Source: Escherichia phage GADS24. Taken from it: a DNA stretch of 64,000 nucleotides. The notes under the pieces were generated by a model. That model did no database searches. It worked only from the letters and a program-made list of their open reading frames with translations, and was not told the origin of the DNA. The stretch lies in sequence record OQ703618.1; one strand, written 5' to 3'. Shown here piece after piece: positions 1-13,371 of the stretch; position 1 is the stretch's first letter; every line of letters starts with the position of its first letter. A program made the position numbers and the translations under genes.

Positions 1-1
1 T

Positions 2-562
2 CTTCCAGTTGGCGCTATTACAATGTGGGCTGCAGATAGTTTACCGAGTTCTGACTGGCGCTTCTGTCACGGTGGGACCGTTTCTGCTTCAGAATGTCCA
101 GTATATGCTTCCAGAATTGGGACACGATATGGTGGTAGTTCTTCTAACCCAGGCTTGCCTGATATGCGTGGATTATTTGTTCGCGGCTCAGGACGTGGTA
201 ACCATTTAACTAACCCTAATGTTAATGGTAATGACCAATTCGGTAAGCCTCGTCTGGCGGTAGGTTGTACCGGTGGATATGTTGGTGAAGTGCAAAAACA
301 ACAGATGTCATATCATAAGCATGCTGGCGGTTTTGGTGAACATGACGATGCAGGAGCATTCGGTAATACTCGTCGTTCAAACTTTGTTGGTACTCGTAAA
401 GGACTTGACTGGGATAACCGTTCGTATTTTACTAACGATGGATATGAAATTGATCCAGCGTCTCAGCGTAACTCTAAATATACCCTGAATCGTCCAGAAT
501 TAATTGGAAATGAAACTCGCCCATGGAATATTTCTTTAAACTATATCATTAAGGTAAAATAA
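2..562 (+). CDS. 12: Short tail fiber gp12, C-terminal part (5' end lies upstream of window)
   Basis: Open frame from window start; translation LPVGAITMWAADSLPS...NISLNYIIKVK closely matches my recollection of the T4 gp12 C-terminal domain; stop overlaps wac ATG. Confidence 0.9.
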   Translation, partial: LPVGAITMWAADSLPSSDWRFCHGGTVSASECPVYASRIGTRYGGSSSNPGLPDMRGLFVRGSGRGNHLTNPNVNGNDQFGKPRLAVGCTGGYVGEVQKQQMSYHKHAGGFGEHDDAGAFGNTRRSNFVGTRKGLDWDNRSYFTNDGYEIDPASQRNSKYTLNRPELIGNETRPWNISLNYIIKVK

Positions 563-2010
563 TGACTGATATAACTCTGGTAGATTTACCATATGTTGAC
601 GGCCCGCCAGACGCGGGTCAGAGTCGTATTGAATGGATTAAAAACGATGAAGAAATAACAGGTGCTGACACAAAATACGGTTCTGAAGGTGTAATGAACC
701 GTCCTATTGTTGAAGTTCAACGTAACGTAGAAGCGTTAGATGTTAATATTAAAACTATAGCATCTTCTTTGAATACAGCCAATGAAGATATCAAAGCTAT
801 TCAAGGTATTTTAGATGTTTCTGGGGATGTTGATGCTCTTGCACAGATAGGCCAGAACACCCAAGATATCGATGTCATTAAAGTCACAGTTCAAACCCAT
901 GCTAGTGAATTGAATGATTTGAATGAACATATTGATGCGAATACTGATGATATTGGTGTTTATAATCAGGAAACAGATTCAGTTTATAGAACGGTTCGTA
1001 ACGACCTGCTTTGGATTAAAAATGAATTAGGACAATATACCGGTCAAGATATTAATGGGGTTCCTACTCCAGGAAATGATAGCACTGGTATGAAACGCCG
1101 TATTATGACTAATAGCTCCGTAATTGTTGACCACGGTGTTCGATTAACTGATTTAGAAACTAAATTTGCTGATTCTGACGTCGGCTCTTTAACTATTGAA
1201 GTCGAACACTTGCGCGAAGAAATGGGGCCTCGCACTTCTTTCACTACTCCAGTGTTTAGTCGTCTTTCCGGTATTGATTTAACTTTGTCGCGTCAAAATG
1301 CTGACTTGGATGGCATTAAACAGTCTATTGGGTATCCTAATACGACTTCTATTATTACTACCACTAATGCAAATAGTTCAGCAATAAATGACATTAATCT
1401 TGAGCTCAATCAATCAGGTGGTATTAAACCTCGTTTGACTACGGTAGAAACTGCCATTGGCGCTGATGATTTGCCTACTACAATCCAAGGACGTATTAAA
1501 CTCAATACTGATGCTATCGGAGCATTGAATACTGTTGTCGGCTCTGATTCTTCGTCAGGATTGCGTTTTAATGTGTCATGGTTAAATAACGTAGTTGGTG
1601 TTGACGCTTCAGGTGGGAAACCGGAACCAGACGGCTCTTTGCTTTATCGTACTCGAGAGCTTGAAGGAACTATCGGTGGGCTGAGTAATGACATTCAGAA
1701 CATTCAAACTGATGTTGGGACTAATTCCACAGGAATTAAGGGTTCTGTAAACACATTAAATACTCTTATAAATGGCACCAACCCAAATGGTTCGACTGTT
1801 GAAGAACGCGGTATATTGCCTACAGTTAAAAGTCATGATACGACAATTAATGGTTTAACTTCTAGAATTGCTACTCTTGAAACTGATTTGGCCGCTGCAG
1901 AAGCTGAAATCCAAACTCTTAAGGACGCTGGATATATTGAAGATGCTCCTTCAGACGGTAAATTCTATGTTCGCAAAGATGGTGCATGGGTTGAACTTCC
2001 TACAGCTTAA
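562..2010 (+). CDS. wac: Fibritin (whisker/neck fibre)
   Basis: 482 aa; C-terminal foldon-like motif GYIEDAPSDGKFYVRKDGAWVEL; position after gene 12. Confidence 0.92.
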   Translation: MTDITLVDLPYVDGPPDAGQSRIEWIKNDEEITGADTKYGSEGVMNRPIVEVQRNVEALDVNIKTIASSLNTANEDIKAIQGILDVSGDVDALAQIGQNTQDIDVIKVTVQTHASELNDLNEHIDANTDDIGVYNQETDSVYRTVRNDLLWIKNELGQYTGQDINGVPTPGNDSTGMKRRIMTNSSVIVDHGVRLTDLETKFADSDVGSLTIEVEHLREEMGPRTSFTTPVFSRLSGIDLTLSRQNADLDGIKQSIGYPNTTSIITTTNANSSAINDINLELNQSGGIKPRLTTVETAIGADDLPTTIQGRIKLNTDAIGALNTVVGSDSSSGLRFNVSWLNNVVGVDASGGKPEPDGSLLYRTRELEGTIGGLSNDIQNIQTDVGTNSTGIKGSVNTLNTLINGTNPNGSTVEERGILPTVKSHDTTINGLTSRIATLETDLAAAEAEIQTLKDAGYIEDAPSDGKFYVRKDGAWVELPTA

Positions 2011-2016
2011 TGAAAA

Positions 2017-2030
2017 GGGCCTTCGGGCCC
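2017..2030 (+). terminator. Hairpin GGGCC-UUCG-GGCCC after wac
   Basis: Perfect 5-bp GC stem with UUCG tetraloop. Confidence 0.6.
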
Positions 2031-2042
2031 TAAAGGATTTAT

Positions 2043-2969
2043 ATGTCAGGTTATAATGCACAAAACCCTAAAGAATTAAAGGATGTAATATTACGTCGTT
2101 TAGGCGCTCCTATTGTAAATGTTGAATTAACTACAGATCAAATTTATGATTGTATTTCACGAGCGTTAGAACTTTATGGCGAATACCATTTTGACGGGTT
2201 GAATAAAGGTTTCCATGTATTTTTTGTTGATGACGAAGAAAAATACCGTCACGGCGTATTTGATATGCGTGGTTCTAACGTATTTGCTGTAACAGGAATT
2301 ATAAGAACAAACGTTGGCTCTATTACTTCAATGGATGGTAATGCAACTTATCCATGGTTCACTGATTTCCTTTTAGGAATGGCCGGTGTTTCAGGTGGTA
2401 TGGGTAGTAATTGCGGTAAATTCTACGGGCCAAACGCTTTTGGCGCTGATCTCGGGTATTATTCTCAATTAGTATCTTATATGGGTATGCTTCAAGATAT
2501 GATTGCTCCTCTTCCAGATTTTTGGTTTAACTCTGCAAACGAGCAATTAAAAGTAATGGGTAACTTTAGACAGAAAGATGTCATTATCGTTGAATCGTAT
2601 GTTCGCTCTTATATCGAGACCCATAAGATGGTAGGAAATACAGTAGGGTACGGTCAAGTAGGTCCTCGTGATTCATGGTCTATTTCTGAACGTTATGATA
2701 ATCCAGACCATAATTTGGTCGGACGTCGAGTTGGTGAAGATCCTGCAACTAAACAAGGCGCATATAACAACCGCTGGGTTAAAGATTATGCAACTGCATT
2801 AGCTAAAGAGCTTAATGGACAAATTCTTGCTAAACATCAAGGTATGATGTTACCCGGTGGTGTCACTGTTGATGGTGTTCGATTAATTGAAGAAGCTCGT
2901 TTAGAGAAAGAAGCTTTACGAGAAGAGTTATATTTACTGGACCCTCCTGCAGGTATTTTGGTAGGTTAA
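2043..2969 (+). CDS. 13: Neck protein gp13
   Basis: 308 aa, T4 gene order and size match (T4 gp13 ~309 aa). Confidence 0.88.
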   Translation: MSGYNAQNPKELKDVILRRLGAPIVNVELTTDQIYDCISRALELYGEYHFDGLNKGFHVFFVDDEEKYRHGVFDMRGSNVFAVTGIIRTNVGSITSMDGNATYPWFTDFLLGMAGVSGGMGSNCGKFYGPNAFGADLGYYSQLVSYMGMLQDMIAPLPDFWFNSANEQLKVMGNFRQKDVIIVESYVRSYIETHKMVGNTVGYGQVGPRDSWSISERYDNPDHNLVGRRVGEDPATKQGAYNNRWVKDYATALAKELNGQILAKHQGMMLPGGVTVDGVRLIEEARLEKEALREELYLLDPPAGILVG

Positions 2970-2970
2970 T

Positions 2971-3735
2971 ATGGCAACTTATGATAAAAATCTTTTCGCC
3001 AAACTAGAAAATCGCGGTGGGTATTCTCAGACAAATGAGACTGAAATTCTCAATCCATTTGTCAATTTTAATAACTATGAGAATAGTCAGACATTAGCCG
3101 ATGTTCTAGTGGCAGAAAGCATACAGATGCGCGGTATTGAATGTTTTTATGTTCCACGTGAATATGTTGCCGTGGACCTTATCTTTGGTGAGGACCTTAA
3201 AAATAAATTTACTAAAGCATGGAAATTTGCTGCATATCTGAACTCTTTTGAAGGTTATGAAGGAGCGAAATCGTTCTTCAGCAACTTCGGAATGCAAGTT
3301 CAAGACGAAGTTACATTATCTATTAACCCGGGTCTTTTCAAACACCAGGTCAACAATCAGGAGCCTAAGGAAGGTGATTTAATATACTTCCCAATGGACA
3401 ACAGTTTGTTTGAGATTAACTGGGTTGAACCATATGACCCATTCTATCAAGTAGGTAAAAATGCGATTCGTAAAATTACTGCAGGCAAGTTTATTTACTC
3501 TGGTGAAGAAATCAATCCGGTGCTTCAGAAAAATGAAGGTATCAATATACCTGAATTTAGTGACTTGGAACTTAACCCTGTTAGAAATCTTGACGGTATC
3601 CATGACATTAATATCGATGAATATTCTGAAGTTGAGCAAATCAATTCAGAGGCAAGTGAATACGTTGAGCCGTACGTAGTAGTTAACAACCGTGGTAGAC
3701 AAAATTCACCATTTGACGATGGGTTTATGAATTAA
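2971..3735 (+). CDS. 14: Neck protein gp14
   Basis: 254 aa, synteny and size match T4 gp14. Confidence 0.88.
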   Translation: MATYDKNLFAKLENRGGYSQTNETEILNPFVNFNNYENSQTLADVLVAESIQMRGIECFYVPREYVAVDLIFGEDLKNKFTKAWKFAAYLNSFEGYEGAKSFFSNFGMQVQDEVTLSINPGLFKHQVNNQEPKEGDLIYFPMDNSLFEINWVEPYDPFYQVGKNAIRKITAGKFIYSGEEINPVLQKNEGINIPEFSDLELNPVRNLDGIHDINIDEYSEVEQINSEASEYVEPYVVVNNRGRQNSPFDDGFMN

Positions 3736-3758
3736 TAAATAGATAAGATAAAGCAAAC

Positions 3759-3776
3759 ACCGGTCGAAAGGCCGGT
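3759..3776 (+). terminator. Hairpin ACCGGUC-GAAA-GGCCGGU between genes 14 and 15
   Basis: 7-bp stem with GNRA tetraloop. Confidence 0.5.
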
Positions 3777-3784
3777 TAGGAGAA

Positions 3785-4609
3785 ATGATGTTTGGCTATT
3801 TTTACAACTCGTCGTTCAGGCGATATATCACAATGATGGGCGATTTGTTTTCAAATATCCAAGTTAACCGTCAATTGTCTACAGGCAATAAATTAATTAG
3901 AGTTCCTATTACGTATGCATCTAAAGAGCACTTTATGATGAAACTTAATAAATGGACCTCTATAAACTCACAAGAAGATGTGGCTAAAGTCGAAACTATT
4001 CTACCACGTATAAATCTCCAAATGGTAGATTTCGTTTATAACCCAACGTTTAAAACGAATATATTGAATAACTCTCTTTTGAGTAAATCGACTAAGGATA
4101 TTGTAGACCAATACAACCCATCACCAATTAAAATGATTTTTGAACTGAGCATCTTTACTCGTTATGAAGATGATATGTTCCAAATCGTTGAGCAAATTAT
4201 TCCATATTTTCAGCCGCATTTTAATACGACTATGATTGAGCAATATGGGCAGGATATTCCATTTGAAAGGGATATTAAAGTCGTATGGATGGCAGCAGCA
4301 ATGGATGAACAAATAGACGGTGATAATTTATCTCGTCGACGTTTAGAGTGGTCATTAACATTTGAAGTAAATGGATGGATGTATCCTCCGGTAGGCGCAG
4401 CTGAAGGCCTTATTAAAACGACTTATCTTGATTTTCATGCTAATGAACGAGACCTTCAAACAGCCGCCAGCGTTTTTGAATCAGTTGATACAGAAATTAA
4501 ACCGAGAGACGTTGAAGCACAAGATTGGAATGGTGAAGTTGAACAAACTTATACTCATGATATTCCAATCCCGACTCCACCAACCCCTCCTGGTCCTAGA
4601 AAACAATAA
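3785..4609 (+). CDS. 15: Tail sheath stabiliser / tail terminator gp15
   Basis: 274 aa beginning MMFGYFYNSSFRRY, matching my recollection of the T4 gp15 N-terminus; true start may be the second Met. Confidence 0.88.
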   Translation: MMFGYFYNSSFRRYITMMGDLFSNIQVNRQLSTGNKLIRVPITYASKEHFMMKLNKWTSINSQEDVAKVETILPRINLQMVDFVYNPTFKTNILNNSLLSKSTKDIVDQYNPSPIKMIFELSIFTRYEDDMFQIVEQIIPYFQPHFNTTMIEQYGQDIPFERDIKVVWMAAAMDEQIDGDNLSRRRLEWSLTFEVNGWMYPPVGAAEGLIKTTYLDFHANERDLQTAASVFESVDTEIKPRDVEAQDWNGEVEQTYTHDIPIPTPPTPPGPRKQ

Positions 4610-6935
<2,326 letters not shown>

Positions 6936-6962
6936 AAATAAAGCAAATTAAGAGGAATTAAA

Positions 6963-8945
6963 ATGGCACTTCTCTCTCCGGGCGTTGAGCTCAAAGAAAC
7001 TACCGTACAGAGTACTGTAGTTAATAACTCCACTGGTACTGCTGCCCTGGCTGGAAAATTCCAATGGGGACCTGCATTCCAGATTAAACAAATCACTGAT
7101 GAAGTTGCATTGGTTGATATGTTTGGTACTCCTAATACGGATACAGCAGATTATTTCATGTCTGCTATGAACTTCCTTCAATACGGTAATGACCTTCGTG
7201 TTGTACGCGCAGTTGATCGTGATACTGCTAAGAACTCATCTCCTGTAGCAGGCAATATTGAATTCACAATCTCTGCTGCTGGTAGTAACTATGCAGTTGG
7301 TGATAAAATTATCGTTAAGTATTTGACCGAAACTGTTGAAGCAGATGGTTATGTCACTTCAGTTGATGTCGATGGTAAAATTCTTAACATTTATATCCCA
7401 ACTGGTAAAATTATTGCTCGTGCAAAAGAAATTAATGAATATCCGGCATTGGGTTCTAACTGGACCGCCGAAGTTGCCAGTTCTTCTTCTGGACTTTCTG
7501 GCGTTATTACAATTGGTTCTATCGTAACCGATTCGGGTATTCTGTTAACTGAAGTTGAAACTTCTGAAGAAGCTATTACTTCTCTAACTTTCCAAGAATC
7601 TATTAAAAAATATGGTGTCCCAGGCGTAGTTGCTCTTTATCCTGGTGAACTTGGTGACCAGCTCGAAATTGAAATCGTATCTAAAGCAGACTATGACAAA
7701 GGTGCTTCAGCCCAGTTAAAAATTTATCCTGATGGTGGTACTCGTGCATCTACGGCTAAAGCAATCTTTGGGTATGGCCCACAAACTGATGACCAATATG
7801 CAATTATCGTTCGTCGTAACGATGCAGTAGTTCAGAGCGTAGTTCTTTCTACTAAACGTGGTGAACGCGATATCTATGGTAGTAATATCTTTATTGATGA
7901 TTTCTTTGCTAAAGGCGCAAGCAATTATATTTTCGCTACTGCACAAGGTTGGCCAAAAGGTTTCTCCGGCGTAATCAAATTGGGTGGTGGCTTATCATCT
8001 AATGAAACGGTTGACGCTGGTGATTTAATGGAAGCTTGGGATTTGTTTGCCGACCGCGAATCTGTTAATGCGCAGTTGTTTATTGCCGGTTCTTGTGCAG
8101 GTGAATCTTTAGAAGTTGCTTCTACAGTTCAGAAACATGTTGTAGCAATTGGTGATTCTCGCCAAGATTGTTTGGTTCTTTGCTCACCGCCACGTGCAAC
8201 TATAGTCGGTATTCCTGTTAATCGTGCAGTTGATAATCTGGTTGATTGGCGTACTGCGTCAGGAACTTACACTGATAATAACTTTAATGTAAGTTCTACT
8301 TATGCTGCTATTGACGGTAACTATAAATATCAATATGACAAATATAATGATGTGAATCGTTGGGTTCCATTAGCTGCTGATATTGCTGGTCTTTGTGCTC
8401 GCACAGACAATATTTCTCAGCCTTGGATGTCTCCTGCTGGTTATAACCGTGGACAAATTCTTAACGTTATTAAGCTTGCAATTGAAACTCGTCAACCGCA
8501 GCGTGATCGTTTGTATCAGGAAGCTATTAACCCTGTTACTGGTACAGGTGGTGATGGGTATGTTCTGTATGGCGATAAAACTGCCACTTCTGTTCCTTCA
8601 CCGTTTGACCGTATTAACGTTCGTCGTTTGTTCAATATGGTTAAAACGAACATTGGTTCAGCATCTAAATATCGTCTGTTTGAATTGAACAACGCATTTA
8701 CCCGTTCTTCTTTCCGCACAGAGACTTCTCAATATCTACAGGGTATTAAAGCTCTTGGTGGTGTATATAACTTTAAAGTTGTTTGTGATACTACCAATAA
8801 CACCCCAGCAGTTATCGACCGTAATGAATTTGTAGCTACTTTCTACTTACAACCTGCCCGCTCGATAAATTATATTACGTTGAACTTTGTAGCAACAGCA
8901 ACTGGTGCCGATTTCGACGAACTAATTGGTGCTGTAGGTGGCTAA
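6963..8945 (+). CDS. 18: Contractile tail sheath protein
   Basis: 660 aa (T4 gp18 659 aa); late promoter TATAAATA immediately upstream. Confidence 0.95.
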   Translation: MALLSPGVELKETTVQSTVVNNSTGTAALAGKFQWGPAFQIKQITDEVALVDMFGTPNTDTADYFMSAMNFLQYGNDLRVVRAVDRDTAKNSSPVAGNIEFTISAAGSNYAVGDKIIVKYLTETVEADGYVTSVDVDGKILNIYIPTGKIIARAKEINEYPALGSNWTAEVASSSSGLSGVITIGSIVTDSGILLTEVETSEEAITSLTFQESIKKYGVPGVVALYPGELGDQLEIEIVSKADYDKGASAQLKIYPDGGTRASTAKAIFGYGPQTDDQYAIIVRRNDAVVQSVVLSTKRGERDIYGSNIFIDDFFAKGASNYIFATAQGWPKGFSGVIKLGGGLSSNETVDAGDLMEAWDLFADRESVNAQLFIAGSCAGESLEVASTVQKHVVAIGDSRQDCLVLCSPPRATIVGIPVNRAVDNLVDWRTASGTYTDNNFNVSSTYAAIDGNYKYQYDKYNDVNRWVPLAADIAGLCARTDNISQPWMSPAGYNRGQILNVIKLAIETRQPQRDRLYQEAINPVTGTGGDGYVLYGDKTATSVPSPFDRINVRRLFNMVKTNIGSASKYRLFELNNAFTRSSFRTETSQYLQGIKALGGVYNFKVVCDTTNNTPAVIDRNEFVATFYLQPARSINYITLNFVATATGADFDELIGAVGG

Positions 8946-8956
8946 TAAGACGCCTG

Positions 8957-8978
8957 ATGGGCTATTTCGGTAGCCCAT
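8957..8978 (+). terminator. Hairpin ATGGGCTA-tttcgg-TAGCCCAT after gene 18
   Basis: 8-bp stem immediately before the late promoter. Confidence 0.55.
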
Positions 8979-8985
8979 ATAAATA
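8978..8985 (+). promoter_or_regulatory. Late promoter TATAAATA for gene 19
   Basis: Exact TATAAATA within CCATATAAATATAACTATA. Confidence 0.75.
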
Positions 8986-9058
8986 TAACTATATCGTTTA
9001 AAAATTAATTCTATGGGCATCCGGTTAATCCTGAGCCCATATTACTACAGAGGCTAAT

Positions 9059-9550
9059 ATGTTTGTAGATGACGTAACTCGTGCCTTCGAATCAGGTGAT
9101 TTCGCTCGCCCTAACCTATTCGAAGTAGAAATCTCTTATCTTGGGCAAAACTTTAGCTTCCAGTGTCGTGCTACGGCTCTTCCTGCTGCGATCGTTGAAA
9201 AGGTTCCTGTTTCTTATATGAACCGTAAAATTAACGTGGCTGGTGATCGTACATTCGATGATTGGACTATTACAGTAATGAACGATGATGCTCATAGCAT
9301 TCGTCAGAAATTTGTTGATTGGCAAGGTATTGCAGCAGGACAAGGTAATGAAATTACCGGCGGTAAACCTGCTGAATATAAAAAGACTGCTATCGTTCGT
9401 CAATTTGCTCGTGATGCTAAAACGGTCACTAAAGAAGTTGAAATTGTTGGCTTGTGGCCTACTAACGTTGGTGAAGTATCTCTTGACTGGGACAGCAATA
9501 ACGAGATTGAAACGTTCGAAGTAACTCTTGCTCTTGATTGGTGGGAATAA
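9059..9550 (+). CDS. 19: Tail tube protein
   Basis: 163 aa, same length and position as T4 gp19. Confidence 0.95.
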   Translation: MFVDDVTRAFESGDFARPNLFEVEISYLGQNFSFQCRATALPAAIVEKVPVSYMNRKINVAGDRTFDDWTITVMNDDAHSIRQKFVDWQGIAAGQGNEITGGKPAEYKKTAIVRQFARDAKTVTKEVEIVGLWPTNVGEVSLDWDSNNEIETFEVTLALDWWE

Positions 9551-9556
9551 TCTGGT

Positions 9557-9572
9557 TGGGGAGAAATCCCCA
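9557..9572 (+). terminator. Hairpin UGGGGA-GAAA-UCCCCA after gene 19
   Basis: 6-bp stem with GAAA tetraloop. Confidence 0.55.
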
Positions 9573-9598
9573 GCTTCCCGTGATGACGGAGAAGTCCA

Positions 9599-9606
9599 TA
9601 TAAATA
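9599..9606 (+). promoter_or_regulatory. Late promoter TATAAATA for gene 20
   Basis: Exact TATAAATA within CCATATAAATATAACTATA, near-identical to the gene 19 copy. Confidence 0.75.
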
Positions 9607-9634
9607 TAACTATAATTCCCATTCGGAGAATACA

Positions 9635-11206
9635 ATGAAATTTAATATCTTAAGTTTGTTTGCTCCATGGGCAAAAATGGACGAACGTGATTACAAAGAC
9701 CAAGAAAAAGAAAATTTAGAATCTATCACCACACCAAAATTGGACGATGGCGCTAAAGAATATGAAGTATCTGAAAATGAAGCACAGCAAACATATAATG
9801 CTATGTTTCAGAGAATGTTCGGTAGTCAAGAACCAGGGCTCAAGTCAACCCGTGAATTAATCGATACGTATCGAAATTTGATGACGAACTATGAAGTGGA
9901 TAACGCGGTCTCTGAAATAGTTTCTGATGCTATCGTATATGAAGATGATACAGAAGTCGTTTCTATAAATTTAGACAACACAAAATTTAGTCCAAATATC
10001 AAATCAATGATGTTGGATGAATTTAACGAAGTGTTAAATCATTTATCTTTCCAACGTAAAGGTTCAGATCATTTTAGACGTTGGTATGTGGATTCTCGAA
10101 TTTTCTTCCATAAAATTATTGACCCTAAACGCCCTAAAGAAGGTATTAAAGAGCTTCGTCGTTTAGACCCACGTCAAGTTCAATATGTCCGTGAAGTTAT
10201 TACAACCACTGAAGCTGGTGTTAAAATAGTCAAGGGTTATAAAGAATATTTCATTTATGACACATCACACGAATCTTATGCTTGTGATGGTCGCATATAT
10301 GAAGCTGGCACAAAAATAAAAATCCCTAAAGCCGCGATTGTTTATGCCCATTCTGGTTTAGTTGATTGTTGTGGTAAAAATATCATCGGTTATTTGCATC
10401 GGGCTATTAAGCCAGCAAACCAATTAAAACTTCTTGAAGATGCTGTTGTAATTTATCGTATTACTCGTGCTCCCGATCGTCGTGTATGGTACGTTGACAC
10501 AGGTAATATGCCTTCAAGAAAAGCAGCAGAACATATGCAACATGTTATGAATACAATGAAAAACCGTATTGCATATGATGCTACTACAGGCAAGATTAAA
10601 AACCAGCAGCATATTATGTCGATGACCGAAGATTATTGGTTACAACGACGTGATGGTAAAGCAGTAACAGAAGTTGACACATTACCAGGTGCAGATAATA
10701 CTGGAAATATGGAAGATGTACGTTGGTTCCGTAATGCGCTTTATATGGCTTTACGTATTCCTATTACCCGTATTCCAAGTGACCAAGGTGGTATACAGTT
10801 TGATGCTGGTACTTCTATTACACGAGATGAATTGTCATTTGGTAAATTTATTCGTGAACTGCAACATAAATTTGAAGAGATATTCCTAGACCCGCTTAAA
10901 ACTAATTTAATTCTTAAAGGAATTATTACAGAAGATGAGTGGAATGATGAAATAAATAATATTAAGATAAAATTTCATCGGGATAGTTATTTCTCGGAAT
11001 TAAAGGATGCTGAGATTCTGGAGCGTCGCATTAATATGCTTCAGATGGCCGAACCATTTATTGGTAAATATATTTCTCACAGAACAGCTATGAAAGATAT
11101 TCTTCAGATGTCTGACGAGGAAATTGAACAAGAGGCTAAGCAAATTGAAGAAGAGTCGAAAGAGGCTCGTTTCCAAGACCCCGACCAAGAACAAGAGGAT
11201 TTTTAA
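9635..11206 (+). CDS. 20: Portal vertex protein
   Basis: 523 aa (T4 gp20 524 aa); late promoter upstream. Confidence 0.95.
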   Translation: MKFNILSLFAPWAKMDERDYKDQEKENLESITTPKLDDGAKEYEVSENEAQQTYNAMFQRMFGSQEPGLKSTRELIDTYRNLMTNYEVDNAVSEIVSDAIVYEDDTEVVSINLDNTKFSPNIKSMMLDEFNEVLNHLSFQRKGSDHFRRWYVDSRIFFHKIIDPKRPKEGIKELRRLDPRQVQYVREVITTTEAGVKIVKGYKEYFIYDTSHESYACDGRIYEAGTKIKIPKAAIVYAHSGLVDCCGKNIIGYLHRAIKPANQLKLLEDAVVIYRITRAPDRRVWYVDTGNMPSRKAAEHMQHVMNTMKNRIAYDATTGKIKNQQHIMSMTEDYWLQRRDGKAVTEVDTLPGADNTGNMEDVRWFRNALYMALRIPITRIPSDQGGIQFDAGTSITRDELSFGKFIRELQHKFEEIFLDPLKTNLILKGIITEDEWNDEINNIKIKFHRDSYFSELKDAEILERRINMLQMAEPFIGKYISHRTAMKDILQMSDEEIEQEAKQIEEESKEARFQDPDQEQEDF

Positions 11207-11442
11207 TGGACGATTTAATTCAAGCTATTAAATCAAACGACCTCGTTGCTACTCGAAAGTTTTTTGAAAGTGCAATGGCAGAAAAAACGGTTCGTTTGAT
11301 TGAAGCACGCAAAGCAGAAATCGCTTCTCAATTTTTGATTGAAGGCGAAGAACCTGAAGAAGAAAAGAAAGCTAAAGCTTCGGAAGACGACGCTGATGAA
11401 GGCGATGACGATGAAGACGAAGATGATGAGGACGATGAATAA
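11206..11442 (+). CDS. 67: Prohead core protein gp67
   Basis: 78 aa with acidic D/E-rich C-terminal tail, matching my recollection of T4 gp67. Confidence 0.85.
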   Translation: MDDLIQAIKSNDLVATRKFFESAMAEKTVRLIEARKAEIASQFLIEGEEPEEEKKAKASEDDADEGDDDEDEDDEDDE

Positions 11443-11867
11443 TGTATCTTATCCCTGAATCTTATGAATTGGTACTCGAAAATGTCGAAGCACTTATTCC
11501 TGAAGCACAGGGCCGAATCGATGCATTGTCTTCTGCTCTCGATATTGACGATATAAATACTATTATCGAGAACATGCTTGAAACTGAAACGGATTTAGCT
11601 GTTGCAATGGCTTCCATTATTAATGAAGAACAGTTAAATGAGTTTATCGTTAAACATGTTTCTTCTCGTGGTGAAGTCACCCGCACTAAAGACCGTAAAA
11701 CTCGTGAACGTAACGCGTTCCAAACAACTGGTCTTTCTAAAGCAAAACGTAGACAAATCGCTCGTAAGGTCGTTAAAGCTAAAAAAGCTAACCCTTCAGG
11801 CCAAGTTAAAGGCTTGCGTAAGCGTAAAAAAGCTCTTAAACGTCGTAAAGCATTAGGATTAAGCTAA
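11442..11867 (+). CDS. 68: Prohead core protein gp68
   Basis: 141 aa, basic C-terminus, T4 synteny. Confidence 0.85.
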   Translation: MYLIPESYELVLENVEALIPEAQGRIDALSSALDIDDINTIIENMLETETDLAVAMASIINEEQLNEFIVKHVSSRGEVTRTKDRKTRERNAFQTTGLSKAKRRQIARKVVKAKKANPSGQVKGLRKRKKALKRRKALGLS

Positions 11868-12508
11868 TGAATAAACCCGAGTTACTTATTGAAACTTGGG
11901 GTCAACCTGGTGAGATTATTGATGGCGTTCCAATGTTGGAATCTCATGATGGAAAAGATTCTGGCTTAAAACCAGGGCTTTATATAGAAGGTATTTTTCT
12001 TCAGGCAGAGGTTGTTAACCGAAATAAACGTTTATATCCTAAACGTGTTTTGGAAAAAGCCGTAAGCGACTATATTAAAGAACAAGTCGCAACCAAACAA
12101 GCCCTTGGAGAATTAAATCATCCACCTCGTGCAAATGTTGACCCTATGCAAGCCGCTATCATTATTGAAGATATGTGGTGGAAAGGAAACGATGTATATG
12201 GACGTGCTAGAATTATTGAAGGTGACCATGGCCCCGGCGATAAATTAGCTGCTAATATACGAGCTGGTTGGATTCCAGGTGTTTCCTCTCGTGGTCTTGG
12301 TTCTTTAACCGACACCAATAAAGGGTACCGTATCGTGAACGAAGGATTTAAATTAACCGTCGGTGTAGATGCCGTATGGGGTCCTTCTGCTCCAGATGCT
12401 TGGGTTACTCCTAAACAAATATCAGAATCAGAAAATTCGGTGGAAATCACCAAAAACAGTGCTGACGAAGCATTTAAAGCTCTCGCAGAGAGTTTAAAAG
12501 CATTATAA
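11867..12508 (+). CDS. 21: Prohead core protease
   Basis: 213 aa (T4 gp21 212 aa), position between 68 and 22. Confidence 0.9.
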   Translation: MNKPELLIETWGQPGEIIDGVPMLESHDGKDSGLKPGLYIEGIFLQAEVVNRNKRLYPKRVLEKAVSDYIKEQVATKQALGELNHPPRANVDPMQAAIIIEDMWWKGNDVYGRARIIEGDHGPGDKLAANIRAGWIPGVSSRGLGSLTDTNKGYRIVNEGFKLTVGVDAVWGPSAPDAWVTPKQISESENSVEITKNSADEAFKALAESLKAL

Positions 12509-12510
12509 AT
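12503..12510 (+). promoter_or_regulatory. Late promoter TATAAATA for gene 22
   Basis: Exact motif overlapping the gene 21 stop. Confidence 0.65.
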
Positions 12511-12541
12511 AATAATGTAATCTAAACCACAGGACACTAAA

Positions 12542-13354
12542 ATGATCAAAGAACAACTTTTGAAAGAAGCTCAGAACATCGAGACTTCAGTTGCTCTTAA
12601 TAGTGTTTTCGAATCAGTAGAACTGTCTCCGGACGTTAAAGCTAATTTCAGCACTGTATTCGAAGCCACCGTTAAGCAGGAAGCAGTCAAACTGGCTGAA
12701 TCTCATATCAAAGCCATCGCCGAAAAGGCCGAAGAAGAAGTTGAAAAGGCTAAAGAAGATGCTGAAGAGAAAGCTGATAAAAAATTGGCTGAACAAGCTT
12801 CTAAATTCCTGGACCATCTTGCAAAAGAATGGCTCGCAGAAAACCAAATCGCAGTTGATAAAGGCATTAAAGCTGATTTGTTCGAATCCATGCTTGGTGG
12901 TCTGAAAGAACTGTTTGTTGAACATAACGTTGTTGTTCCAGAAGAATCTGTAGATGTTGTAGCAGAAATGGAAGAAGAGCTGGCCGAACATAAAGAAGAA
13001 ACCGCTCGTTTGTTCGAAGAAGTTACCAAACGTGATGCATATATCAATTACGTTCAGCGTGAAACCGCTATTAATGAAAGCGTAAAAGACCTGACTGAAT
13101 CTCAGAAAGAAAAAGTTATTGGCCTGGTTGAAGGTATGGATTATTCTGACGCATTTGGTACTAAGTTAACTGCTATTGTAGAAATGGTTAAAGGTTCTAC
13201 TAAAGAAGAAGCCGCTATTACCGAAAGTATAAATACAGTTGACAATGACGCTGCCGGTCTTAATTTTGTTGCCGAAGCAGTTGACACTACCACAACTCAG
13301 GTAGAACAGAATTCTAATGTAAGTTTATATGCGAAAGTCGCATCTCGTTTCTAA
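12542..13354 (+). CDS. 22: Prohead scaffold protein
   Basis: 270 aa, highly charged helical E/K/A-rich sequence typical of scaffold; T4 synteny. Confidence 0.9.
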   Translation: MIKEQLLKEAQNIETSVALNSVFESVELSPDVKANFSTVFEATVKQEAVKLAESHIKAIAEKAEEEVEKAKEDAEEKADKKLAEQASKFLDHLAKEWLAENQIAVDKGIKADLFESMLGGLKELFVEHNVVVPEESVDVVAEMEEELAEHKEETARLFEEVTKRDAYINYVQRETAINESVKDLTESQKEKVIGLVEGMDYSDAFGTKLTAIVEMVKGSTKEEAAITESINTVDNDAAGLNFVAEAVDTTTTQVEQNSNVSLYAKVASRF

Positions 13355-13371
13355 TTTAAAGGTTAACACAA

